In this document: positions 45,509 through 54,287 of the stretch, piece after piece | Numbering within the stretch: the first letter of the stretch is position 1 | Layout of the letters: each line of letters starts with the position of its first letter | Virus record (IMG/VR): IMGVR_UViG_3300030117_006441 | Location: 1-54,287 of that record | Length of the DNA stretch: 54,287 nt | Origin: a virus | Lineage: Duplodnaviria > Caudoviricetes | Reading direction: 5' to 3' (one strand) | Notes under the pieces: model-generated | The model's input: only the letters and a program-made list of their open reading frames with translations | The model's database searches: none | What the model was told of the DNA's origin: nothing | Translations under genes and position numbers: made by a program

Positions 45509-46245
45509 TGAAAGAAGTTAGCTTAATGAGTTTAGTAAACTCAGGTTTAAAAGATGTATTTGGTATTGGTGAAAAAAATTTATTGTCATATATAGAAACT
45601 TTAGACCTGAATGATCAAGAAACAAAAGAACAACTTGTTAAATATGCTCGTAGTGTAGCAACAGATAAGCTTACTGCAGTAGCTGGATCTCCATTACCTG
45701 GTACAGGATTACTACAAAATATATATACAGGTGATACTGGAGAATATTATGGTCAAAACTTATCTCATTTACGACAGCCTAACAATATGGAGTATTACAA
45801 TAATCTTGCAAACATTAAAAATGCTCCTAATTTAGTTGATATATTTTTTGAAAAAACTACTCCTGAAGCTGAAGGATTAACAAAAACAAGCTTAAGGCCT
45901 TCACAAGGCTACCCTTTTTACAATGAAGGTGAAAATGTATACGGGTTAAAAGATTATATTGATATATCTCCTATGTATAACAATTATCAATACTTAGATT
46001 ATTTGGATAAAAAGTTAAGCACTTTAAATCCAGGAGAAGGAACAGTAGTAGATAAACCAAATTATAATATGTCTGTAGATTTAGGTGAATCAAACTGGAG
46101 TTTAGGATTAGATTTACAAGGAAATCCTTATTTAGCTGTTGCTGATATATGGGATTTTGGTGGATCTACAGGAACATTTGGTTCTGTTATGGATAAACTT
46201 GGAAAACCTATTAATTTTTATGAAAGATTTTATTTAAATGAGTAA
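45487..46245 (+). CDS. Hypothetical protein between terS and terL (start probably 45508)
   Basis: ORF track; TAATG coupling at 45508. Confidence 0.55.
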   Translation: MSCWKVVMKEVSLMSLVNSGLKDVFGIGEKNLLSYIETLDLNDQETKEQLVKYARSVATDKLTAVAGSPLPGTGLLQNIYTGDTGEYYGQNLSHLRQPNNMEYYNNLANIKNAPNLVDIFFEKTTPEAEGLTKTSLRPSQGYPFYNEGENVYGLKDYIDISPMYNNYQYLDYLDKKLSTLNPGEGTVVDKPNYNMSVDLGESNWSLGLDLQGNPYLAVADIWDFGGSTGTFGSVMDKLGKPINFYERFYLNE

Positions 46246-47791
46246 TATTAATTTACGAAACGTATCTAAAGAAGAGGAAGCGTTAGAATTAGCTAAAAAA
46301 GATATGATTGCATTTGGAAAATTATTTTTACCAGATGATTTTATGAGGTCAGAAACTCCATTTTTTCATTATCAAGTAGCAGATATTATTTCAAACAAAG
46401 ATATTAAACAAACAGCAGTTATTTTACCTAGAGGACATGGAAAAACAGTACTTACAAAATGCAATATACTACATGATTTCGCTTTTACTAAGGAGCCATT
46501 GTTTTATGGATGGGTTGCGGCCTCTTCTAAAATTTCGGTCCCTAATCTCGATTATATTAAATACCACTTGGAGTATAATGATAAATTTTTGTATTATTTC
46601 GGTAATTTAAAAGGGAAGAAATGGACTGAAGATGATATTGAGCTTAAAAATGGTTGCAAACTTATTAGTAAGTCCAACTTATCAGGGATTAGAGGAGGCG
46701 CTAAGTTACACAAAAGATATGATCTTATCGTATTGGATGACTTTGAGGATGAAAATAATACCGTTACGCCTGAGTCTCGTGCTAAAATTAGTAATCTTGT
46801 TACAGCTGTTGTATTTCCTGCTCTTGAACCTGGTACTGGTCGTCTTCGGATTAATGGGACTCCTGTTCACTTCGATGCTTTCATACAAAACATACTTGTT
46901 GGTTATGACCAAGCTAAAAAACGTGGTGAAAAATATAGTTGGGAAGTAATTACATACAAAGCAATACTTAAAGATGGTACACCATTATGGCCTTCATGGT
47001 TTGGTGAAGAAGAAATGGAAAGAAAGAAAAAGTTTTATGCTGACTCTGGTCAGCCTCAAAAATTCTATCAAGAGTATATGATGGAAGTTCAAAGTAAAGA
47101 GGATTCAATCTTTACAAGAGAGCATATAAAGTATTGGGAGGGAAGTTTTAGATACGATGAAGATACAGAAGTATCATATATTATTAACAAAGGTGAGGAA
47201 ATACCTGTTAATGTTTTTGCTGGTATTGACCCTGCCACTGATAGCACTAGGAGAGATACTGACTTTAGTGTTTTATTATATGTTGCAGTGGATGTTAATA
47301 ATAATGTATATGTATTAGATTATGTTAGAAAACGTTCTATACCTGTTTTGGGCATTCCTGGAGAAAGTAAAAAAGGGATTGTGGATTATATTTTTGATTA
47401 TAACAAAATATATCGTCCTTCCATACATACAATTGAGGATACGAGTATGTCCAAACCAGTTTTCCAAGCATTGGTATCAGAAATGCGTAGACGAAACGAC
47501 TTTAGCGTTAAATACAATGCAGAAAAACCTGGTACAAGAATGTCGAAACGTGATAGGATTCAAGAAATATTGGCACAAAGATTTTCAATAGGAAGTGTTC
47601 ATTTAAAAAAAGAACAATATGAATTGCAACACGAAATATTAATTTTTGGTCCACGTATGGGTCATGATGATACAATAGATGCTTTAGCTTATGCTTGTAA
47701 GTATGCTCATCCACCAAAGTCCATGCAAAAAAATAAAAGTGGAGATTGGTATAAACATAAACCCTCAGCAAAAAGCTGGGTAATAGCTTAG
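46238..47791 (+). CDS. terL: Terminase large subunit
   Basis: PRGHGKT Walker A, LIVLDD Walker B, GTP motif, GIDPA and HDDTIDALAYA nuclease motifs. Confidence 0.95.
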   Translation: MSNINLRNVSKEEEALELAKKDMIAFGKLFLPDDFMRSETPFFHYQVADIISNKDIKQTAVILPRGHGKTVLTKCNILHDFAFTKEPLFYGWVAASSKISVPNLDYIKYHLEYNDKFLYYFGNLKGKKWTEDDIELKNGCKLISKSNLSGIRGGAKLHKRYDLIVLDDFEDENNTVTPESRAKISNLVTAVVFPALEPGTGRLRINGTPVHFDAFIQNILVGYDQAKKRGEKYSWEVITYKAILKDGTPLWPSWFGEEEMERKKKFYADSGQPQKFYQEYMMEVQSKEDSIFTREHIKYWEGSFRYDEDTEVSYIINKGEEIPVNVFAGIDPATDSTRRDTDFSVLLYVAVDVNNNVYVLDYVRKRSIPVLGIPGESKKGIVDYIFDYNKIYRPSIHTIEDTSMSKPVFQALVSEMRRRNDFSVKYNAEKPGTRMSKRDRIQEILAQRFSIGSVHLKKEQYELQHEILIFGPRMGHDDTIDALAYACKYAHPPKSMQKNKSGDWYKHKPSAKSWVIA

Positions 47792-47799
47792 GAGATAGA

Positions 47800-47958
47800 A
47801 TGCATAGAAAAAAATTATTAAAATTTCCTACAATAAAATCTGGATTTAAAAGTATGGGAATAAAAAGAAAGCCTGGGTCTGGAGGTTCAAGAAGAATGGG
47901 AACTCCTACAATGGGTAATATATTAACGGGTCGAAGAAATAACAGAAAGAAAATGTAA
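47800..47958 (+). CDS. Small Arg/Lys-rich protein (52 aa)
   Basis: Read manually; AGGAG RBS. Confidence 0.55.
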   Translation: MHRKKLLKFPTIKSGFKSMGIKRKPGSGGSRRMGTPTMGNILTGRRNNRKKM

Positions 47959-47960
47959 TT

Positions 47961-48098
47961 ATGAAAATGCATATTTGACCATATAAAGGTACACCTCATT
48001 CGGTGAATGAGAAACACAAAAAAGCTCCAAAAGGTCAAAAACATTGGAGTGGTACACAGTTTATGTTAGCAAACAATACATATAAAGAAGGTAAATAA
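47961..48098 (+). CDS. Small ORF with in-frame TGA at codon 6 (candidate selenoprotein, or pseudogene)
   Basis: MKMHI*PYKGTPHSVNEKH…KEGK*; fills the gap exactly and ends in TAATG coupling; hairpin at 47995-48011. Confidence 0.4.
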
Positions 48099-48361
48099 TG
48101 TCAACAAAAAAAACACCAGCATGGCAAAGAAAAGAAGGTAAAAGCCCTAGTGGAGGTTTAAATGCTAAGGGTAGAGCTTCTTATAAGGGAGGCACACTTA
48201 AAGCTCCTGTAACACAAAAAAATCCAAAAGGAAAAGCAAAAGGGAGGAAAGCTAGTTTTTGCGCAAGAATGAGTGGTATGAAAAGAAAGTTGACTGGAGC
48301 TAAAAAACAAAATGATCCTAATAGCAGGATAAATAAATCATTAAAAAAATGGAATTGTTAA
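48098..48361 (+). CDS. Small basic phage protein (DUF6321-like)
   Basis: GGLNAKGRASY…LKAPV…RKASFCARM…WNC. Confidence 0.7.
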   Translation: MSTKKTPAWQRKEGKSPSGGLNAKGRASYKGGTLKAPVTQKNPKGKAKGRKASFCARMSGMKRKLTGAKKQNDPNSRINKSLKKWNC

Positions 48362-48374
48362 ATAAGGAATTATC

Positions 48375-50675
48375 ATGGCAAAAAGAATAGATAAAAATGC
48401 ATTAAGAATAAAAGATATATTTGAGATAGCAAATAATGAATACAGAGCTCAATGGGAGTATGTAAACCAAAAAGGTGTAGATTTTGCTAACGACAATCAA
48501 TTAACTGATGAAGAGAGGGTTGCATTAGAAGAACAAGGGATGCCCACCTTCACAATAAACCGCATAATGCCTGTAGTAGAAATGTTAAATTTTTACGCCA
48601 CAGCAAATCAACCTAGATGGCAAGCCATTGGAGCAGAAGGTAGTGACATAGATGTTGCTGCAGTTTTTGCTGATATGGCTGATTATATATGGGACCATTC
48701 TGATGGATCCTCTCTTTATGCTAATGCAATTAATGATGCTGTAACTAAAGGAATTGGATATTTACATGTTACTGTTGATATAGATTCTGATAATGGTATG
48801 GGTGATGTTGTTATTAAAAATCCAGAACCTTTTGATGTATTTGTAGATCCTAAATCTAGAGATATTTTATTTCGTGATGCATCATTTATTTTAATTAGAA
48901 AAATTTTACCTAAAAAACATTTAATGTCTATTTACCCTGATTATAAAGCAAAAATTAAAAAAGCTGGTTCAGTAAATGATAGTGAATATGATTATAGTGA
49001 AAAGTCTAGAGATACACATATGAAAGATTTTGGTTATAAAGATATTGATTCTAGTGAAAGCATTAATGACGCTGGTGAAAGAGATGAGGCTGTTGAATAT
49101 TTTGAAATATATGAAAAAGTTAAAATTAAATATGTTAATGTTTTTTATCAAGAACCATTAACAAGAGAAATTTTACAACAAATACAGCAGCAGGTTTCTG
49201 TACAAATGCAAGAAATGCAAGCTGAAATGCAAGTATCATTTTTAGAGCAACAAAAAAGTTTAGAAATGGCTTTACAATCTGGTGAAATGATACCAGAAAG
49301 ATATGAGTTAGAAATACAAAAATTGCAACAAGGAATGCAACAACAGTTGCAACAAGCTGAACAACAAATGACTGCTAATATGCAAAAAGAAGCAAGCATA
49401 GTGCAGAATATTGTTATAAGTGATAAAGAATATAAAATATTAATTAAAGATGAAAAATTTAATAATAAAATAGTAGATACTGTTTCATTTTACGGGACAA
49501 GAATACAAAAATGTTGTGTTGCTGGAGATCAAACATTATTAATGAAAGTTTTACCTGAAGGGATTACAGAATATCCTATTATACCTTTTCATTATAAATG
49601 GACAGGAACACCTTATCCAATATCTGCTGTATCTCCATTAATTGGAAAACAAAGAGAAGTAAATAAATCGCATCAATTGTTAATACATAATGCATCGTTA
49701 GGTTCTTCATTAAGATGGATGCATGAAGAAGGTAGTATTGATACTGATTATTGGGAAAAATATGCTAGTTCTCCTGGTGCATTATTACCTATAAGACCTG
49801 GGTCTCAAGCTCCACAAGCTGTGCAACCTGCTCCTTTAAATAGCGCATTTTTTAATATTGTTCAAGGTGCAAAAAATGATATGGAGTATTTAGCTGGTAT
49901 ATATTCTTCTATGATGGGTGATGCTCAAGGAGCTAGTGAAACATATAGAGGTATGCTTGCTATGGATGAATATGGAACAAGAAGAATTAAACAATGGATG
50001 CAAAATTGTTTAGAACCAGGATTAAAACAACTTGGAGAATCTGTAAAACAATTTACACAATCAGTATATACGGCTCATAAAGTTTTTAGAATTGTACAGC
50101 CAAGCGCTATACAAGAGCAAAGAGAAATAGAAATCAATATACCTTTATATAATGATTTAGGTGAAGCAATTGGTAAGTTAAAAGATTATGGAGCTGCAAA
50201 ATTTGATGTTAGAATTATTGCAGGATCTACAATGCCAGTTAACAGATGGGCATATTTAGCTGAATTAAAAGATATGTTGCAAATGGGTATAGTAGATGAT
50301 GTAGCTGTATTAGCAGAAACAGATTTAAAAAATAAAGAACAAATTATGAAAAGAAAAAGTTTATATTCTCAAATGCAAGGTCAAATATCTTCTATGGAAC
50401 AACAAATAAAAGATTCTGCAGGAACTATAGAAACTTTACAAAGACAATTAGTCCAAGCTGGTATAAAAGATAAAGTAAATCAAGCTGAAGTTGAAATAGC
50501 TAAAAAACAATCTGAAATAGATGGAAATAACAATAAAGCATTTTTAGAAACGCAAGCAAAACAAAAATTTGCACAAAAAGTTATTACAGATGAAGCCAAT
50601 CAACAAAAAGAAAGAATTAAGATGGAAGCAGATAATATAATAAAAAACTTGCAACCTAATAATAAAAGTAATTAG
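48375..50675 (+). CDS. Portal protein (P22-like)
   Basis: PTFTINRI, GIGY, VFVDPKSR, YPIIPF; C-terminal coiled coil; position after terL. Confidence 0.85.
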   Translation: MAKRIDKNALRIKDIFEIANNEYRAQWEYVNQKGVDFANDNQLTDEERVALEEQGMPTFTINRIMPVVEMLNFYATANQPRWQAIGAEGSDIDVAAVFADMADYIWDHSDGSSLYANAINDAVTKGIGYLHVTVDIDSDNGMGDVVIKNPEPFDVFVDPKSRDILFRDASFILIRKILPKKHLMSIYPDYKAKIKKAGSVNDSEYDYSEKSRDTHMKDFGYKDIDSSESINDAGERDEAVEYFEIYEKVKIKYVNVFYQEPLTREILQQIQQQVSVQMQEMQAEMQVSFLEQQKSLEMALQSGEMIPERYELEIQKLQQGMQQQLQQAEQQMTANMQKEASIVQNIVISDKEYKILIKDEKFNNKIVDTVSFYGTRIQKCCVAGDQTLLMKVLPEGITEYPIIPFHYKWTGTPYPISAVSPLIGKQREVNKSHQLLIHNASLGSSLRWMHEEGSIDTDYWEKYASSPGALLPIRPGSQAPQAVQPAPLNSAFFNIVQGAKNDMEYLAGIYSSMMGDAQGASETYRGMLAMDEYGTRRIKQWMQNCLEPGLKQLGESVKQFTQSVYTAHKVFRIVQPSAIQEQREIEINIPLYNDLGEAIGKLKDYGAAKFDVRIIAGSTMPVNRWAYLAELKDMLQMGIVDDVAVLAETDLKNKEQIMKRKSLYSQMQGQISSMEQQIKDSAGTIETLQRQLVQAGIKDKVNQAEVEIAKKQSEIDGNNNKAFLETQAKQKFAQKVITDEANQQKERIKMEADNIIKNLQPNNKSN

Positions 50676-50710
50676 ATTACGAGCAAATTTCTTAACATAA
50701 AGGAGAAATA

Positions 50711-51616
50711 ATGGTAAAAGAAGAAGAAGGTAACTCAATTACATCATCAGAACAAGAAGTAAATGATGCTGTATTTGACTCTGACAATTTCTTTGACGAA
50801 CTTGAAAATTCTGTAAATGGAATGCAGTCTGATGGGGAAGACAAAGTTGTTGACACAAACAAGGTAACCCAGGATAATAGCGGCTCCGAAATGGTAACCC
50901 GCAATAATGATTCTGGATCCGAACAAGTGGAATGGGAAAATGAGAACAACCCATATAAAAAAAGATACACGGATTCAAGCAGAGAAGCTACAAAAATGTA
51001 TGAAGAGCTTAGAGACTTGAAACCCTTCGTGCCAGTTCTTGAAGCAATGAAAAGAGACAGTGGTCTTGTTGATCATGTACGTAGTTATTTGAAAAATGGT
51101 GGTGCACCTAATCAATCTATTCAAGAAAAATTAAATTTACCTAAAGATTTTGAATATGATGCTAATGAAGCTATTACTGACCCTGAGTCAGACTCAGCTA
51201 AAGTACAGCAAGCTCATATTGATAGTCTAGTTCAAAGTAGAGTAAATCAAGTATTGACTAGAGAAAAGGCAAATGCACAACAAATGCAACAAAGGTTAAT
51301 GTTAAAAAAACAGGAAGTTGACTTTATTAAAAAACATAATATGACTCAAGAGCAGTTTGAAGCATTTAAAAATGCTGCAGCTAATAGAAAAATGACATTA
51401 GATGATGCATATTATATTATTAATAAAGATAAAACAAATACTAATGTTGCAAATAGCACAAAAAAAGACATGCTAAATCAAATGAAAAATGTACGTAATA
51501 TTCCAACAAGTGCTTCTGACTCAAATAATCAAGGTAACTCACAAAAATCACCAGACCAAAAAGTCTTTGATAGTATGTTAGGCCTTGATAATGATGTAGA
51601 TAACTTGTTCGGGTAG
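50711..51616 (+). CDS. Capsid scaffolding protein
   Basis: Acidic N-terminus, YKKRYTDSSREA coiled coil; between portal and major capsid genes. Confidence 0.7.
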   Translation: MVKEEEGNSITSSEQEVNDAVFDSDNFFDELENSVNGMQSDGEDKVVDTNKVTQDNSGSEMVTRNNDSGSEQVEWENENNPYKKRYTDSSREATKMYEELRDLKPFVPVLEAMKRDSGLVDHVRSYLKNGGAPNQSIQEKLNLPKDFEYDANEAITDPESDSAKVQQAHIDSLVQSRVNQVLTREKANAQQMQQRLMLKKQEVDFIKKHNMTQEQFEAFKNAAANRKMTLDDAYYIINKDKTNTNVANSTKKDMLNQMKNVRNIPTSASDSNNQGNSQKSPDQKVFDSMLGLDNDVDNLFG

Positions 51617-51639
51617 ATGCCTTAAATCATCTTCCGAAC
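51607..51639 (+). promoter_or_regulatory. Hairpin spanning the scaffold stop codon
   Basis: GTTCGG..AGATG / CATCT.CCGAAC. Confidence 0.45.
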
Positions 51640-51651
51640 TTAATTTAAACA

Positions 51652-51692
51652 AACCTGACCGAAGGCACATGTTGTGCAGCTGAGTGATGGTT
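51652..51692 (+). promoter_or_regulatory. K-turn-like (box C/D-like) leader structure before the capsid RBS
   Basis: AACCTGA … GTGATGGTT with inner GCACA-TGT-TGTGC hairpin. Confidence 0.4.
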
Positions 51693-51708
51693 AAAAGGAG
51701 ATGATTAA

Positions 51709-53235
51709 ATGTCTGATATATTTAATTTAGAATCGTATACAGACGTTAATGCGACAAACGGTGTCACATCTGGTTCCAGATTTGGAACAGGATTAGACAC
51801 TGGTGATCTTCGTAGAAAGTTTAACTTTGGTGACAGAGTTTCTGAGTTAGCAATAGCTCAAGATCCGTTTTTTAGATTCGTAAGTAAAGTAGCTAAAAAA
51901 CCAACTGATGATCCAAGTTTTAAATTTACTGAGAAGAGAGGTTCGTGGCATAAACGTTATGCATACGTAACTGCACATAGTGCAAGTGCGCCTAGCGCTG
52001 TAGTAGATGATGCTACTGTTGGTGCTGGTGCTGTAGATGCTGGTGACACATATTATTTTGGTTTTATGGGAGATTATTTATCTGCTGGTAATAAACAAAA
52101 TGTATTTGGTCAAGCAAACGGTAAAATACAAGTTGGTGCTTCTGGTACTCAACCTTCATTTTTAATTCCAGGTCAAATGGTGAAAATCCCTTATGGTTCT
52201 TCAAGTGCAACATTTAGTAGTGGAAAAATTTCTGCTATTGATGGATACTTAGTTGCAAAAATAGAATCTGTGGATTTAGTTTCAGTTAGTGAAATGGCTG
52301 TATGTAAATGTACTATTGTTAAAGGTACTGCTTCTGCTATAGAACTTGCTGCTTACCATGGTGCATCAGATGCACTTAATGCTCAAGATATTCATGGCAT
52401 GAATATTCATGATGAGTTAGAGCCTAAAAGATCATATGTAGTTGGTTCAGCTTTCGCAGAAGGTTCTGGTTATCCAGAAACTTGGAAAGATCAGCCTTAT
52501 TCTACAGGTCAAGGTCAAACTCAAATATGGAAAACTTCATGTGCTATGACAAATACTGCAAGAGCTACTTCTCTTAAGTATGAGTCTAATGAGTGGGCTA
52601 GAATCTGGAAAGATAAACTGATAGAGCATAAATTTGACATGGAACAATCATTACTATTTGGTTCTCAATATAGTGATGCTAGTGGTGTTAATTATACTCA
52701 AGGTGCTGTAGATTGGATTTCAACTTATGGTAACTCATTTACATTAGCTACTGGTACTAAAACAGCTGATGATTTTTTAAATGATATGTCTAATTTGTTA
52801 GACCCAAGATACAACAATAGTAAATCAACTGTTTTCTTCTGTTCTACAGATGTATATAATTGGTTACATAAATTAGGTGGATACTTCCAAAATAATTTGG
52901 AAATTTCTTCTAATTTTAGAGCTGATTTAGCTGTAACAGGCAGAAAGAAAGTTCTTGGTTTAGATACTACAACTATTTCAACAGTATATGGTGATATGAA
53001 TGTTGTTAGAAATATCCACCTAGATGGCACTAATATTGCTATGCTAGCTATAGATATGAAACATTGTGCATATAGACCTCTTGTTGGAAATGGTTTAAAT
53101 AGAGATACTTCAGTATACGTAGGAGTTCAAACTTTAGAGAACTCTGGGGTCGATCGTAGAGTAGATATGATATTAACTGAAGCTGGTATGCAATGGGAGA
53201 TGCCTGAATCTCACGCTGTATGGACCAAAGCTTAA
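51709..53235 (+). CDS. Major capsid protein (HK97 fold) with insertion domain
   Basis: VGSAFAEGS, TQIWKTS, EHKFDMEQSLLFG, ISTVYG; follows the scaffold gene. Confidence 0.85.
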   Translation: MSDIFNLESYTDVNATNGVTSGSRFGTGLDTGDLRRKFNFGDRVSELAIAQDPFFRFVSKVAKKPTDDPSFKFTEKRGSWHKRYAYVTAHSASAPSAVVDDATVGAGAVDAGDTYYFGFMGDYLSAGNKQNVFGQANGKIQVGASGTQPSFLIPGQMVKIPYGSSSATFSSGKISAIDGYLVAKIESVDLVSVSEMAVCKCTIVKGTASAIELAAYHGASDALNAQDIHGMNIHDELEPKRSYVVGSAFAEGSGYPETWKDQPYSTGQGQTQIWKTSCAMTNTARATSLKYESNEWARIWKDKLIEHKFDMEQSLLFGSQYSDASGVNYTQGAVDWISTYGNSFTLATGTKTADDFLNDMSNLLDPRYNNSKSTVFFCSTDVYNWLHKLGGYFQNNLEISSNFRADLAVTGRKKVLGLDTTTISTVYGDMNVVRNIHLDGTNIAMLAIDMKHCAYRPLVGNGLNRDTSVYVGVQTLENSGVDRRVDMILTEAGMQWEMPESHAVWTKA

Positions 53236-53250
53236 GAAAGGAGTTAAATC

Positions 53251-53763
53251 ATGGGAATTCCATTATATGGACAAAATAAAGATGGTAATGCTATTGATAA
53301 AGCGTTAAATGGTGGATATGGTCAAGATGCTGGATCTGATTTAGCAGATAGTACTGATGCTGTAGCTATGACTAGCGCTGATTTTGGTAAAACATTCTGG
53401 TGCTTACTAGATGGTGCTGCAAAAACAGTAACATTACCTGCTAACGTTGGTGATGCAGATATTGGTAAAAAAATCAAAATCTTACAAAGAGTTGATTTGG
53501 TTGCTAGTGGTGTATTAACAATCTCTGCAGGTTCTGGTAATACGTTTTCTGCAAACAGCTATGCTCTTGGTGTAGCTATTGATGAATTCAGACCATCTGA
53601 AGCTAATAATACCTTAACTATTACTGGAGCTAATACTAACTCTGCATTTGGTGAAAACTCTTCAATTACTATTACAGTAGTTGAAGGTGGTGAATATATG
53701 CTGGAGATAGATGCAAGAGCTCTTGGTAGTGGTAATGACGGTATTGCATTCACAACAGTATAA
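53251..53763 (+). CDS. Capsid decoration / head fibre protein
   Basis: DFGKTF…TVTLPA…G pattern; directly after the major capsid gene. Confidence 0.55.
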   Translation: MGIPLYGQNKDGNAIDKALNGGYGQDAGSDLADSTDAVAMTSADFGKTFWCLLDGAAKTVTLPANVGDADIGKKIKILQRVDLVASGVLTISAGSGNTFSANSYALGVAIDEFRPSEANNTLTITGANTNSAFGENSSITITVVEGGEYMLEIDARALGSGNDGIAFTTV

Positions 53764-53774
53764 GGAGGTAGATT

Positions 53775-54236
53775 ATGGCTGGAAAATACTGGATAGCTGG
53801 TAAACCTGACAAAGTTGTTAATTGTAAAGATGTATCAGGTTCTGCCGCTGGTGTAAATGTAGGTAGTATAATCAAACTAAGTAAAACCTTCTCATATACA
53901 GAGATGACAGATGGTGGTGGTACAGTAGGTAGCCTTCTATGGGAAGAGAGTATTCCTGTAGGGGCAACAGTACTACATTGCGCAGTTGTAAACTTAGTTA
54001 AGTTTGGTGGCGATTCAAGCGCAACAATAAGAGTAGGAGATGGAACAGATCATGATAGATATATGACAGGTACGCCTGATGTATTTCTTAATGCAGATGC
54101 TCTATCTTTAGGAAATGTTTCAGGAGTAGCATATCATGCTACTGCTAAACAGCCTAATATTCTTGTTACTTCAGGATCTGATTGGGGTGCTGTTGATTCT
54201 GGTAGCGCTACAATAGAGTTATACTACATGGTATAA
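53775..54236 (+). CDS. Capsid decoration / spike-base-like protein
   Basis: IPVGATV…IRVGDGTDHDRY…GSATIELYY jelly-roll-like pattern. Confidence 0.55.
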   Translation: MAGKYWIAGKPDKVVNCKDVSGSAAGVNVGSIIKLSKTFSYTEMTDGGGTVGSLLWEESIPVGATVLHCAVVNLVKFGGDSSATIRVGDGTDHDRYMTGTPDVFLNADALSLGNVSGVAYHATAKQPNILVTSGSDWGAVDSGSATIELYYMV

Positions 54237-54239
54237 ATA

Positions 54240-54287
54240 TTTGGGGGCTGTGACTGCGGAGAGCTTCCCCTCCCTGTAGTCGCAGTT
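54240..54287 (+). repeat. 48-bp direct repeat, copy 2 (truncated by the window end)
   Basis: Identical to 66-113. Confidence 0.95.

Noticed and set aside
50861-50922. Short duplication in the scaffold gene (KVTQDNSGSE / MVTRNNDSGSE)
   Set aside because: Two degenerate copies in a disordered acidic region; no evidence of separate function
1-54287. Genome-wide stop-codon reassignment as seen in some crAss-like phages
   Set aside because: Long genes are intact in code 11, TAG and TGA both end genes at sensible junctions, and no suppressor tRNA is seen

Overview
AT-rich tailed dsDNA phage sequence, probably a near-complete, circularly permuted podovirus-like genome. The + strand (44240-54287, continuing 1-31298) carries packaging and virion genes: terminase subunits, P22-like portal, scaffold, major capsid, adaptor/ring proteins, lysis genes, tail nozzle and fibres, and ejection proteins. 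These include a 2887-aa protein with the RxP and D-x-D-I-D motifs of crAss-like virion RNA polymerases. The - strand (43876 down to 31295) carries early and replication genes: ERF annealing protein, SSB-like protein, AEP primase-helicase, spore-photoproduct-lyase-like radical SAM enzyme and a resolvase. No DNA polymerase or integrase is recognisable. Top candidate for an undescribed system: a four-gene phage-encoded ubiquitin-like cassette (Ubl ending GG-C, E2-like, JAB/JAMM protease, ThiF/E1; 37420-40629). Also notable: an ORF-free array of structured RNA-like domains around a tRNA-Met (42742-43583, plus 41663-41905), a small ORF with an in-frame TGA followed by a bacterial SECIS-like hairpin (47961-48098), a covarying leader motif found twice, and a K-turn-like leader before the capsid gene. 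All calls come from motifs, gene context and manual base-pairing; no database searches or folding programs were run.
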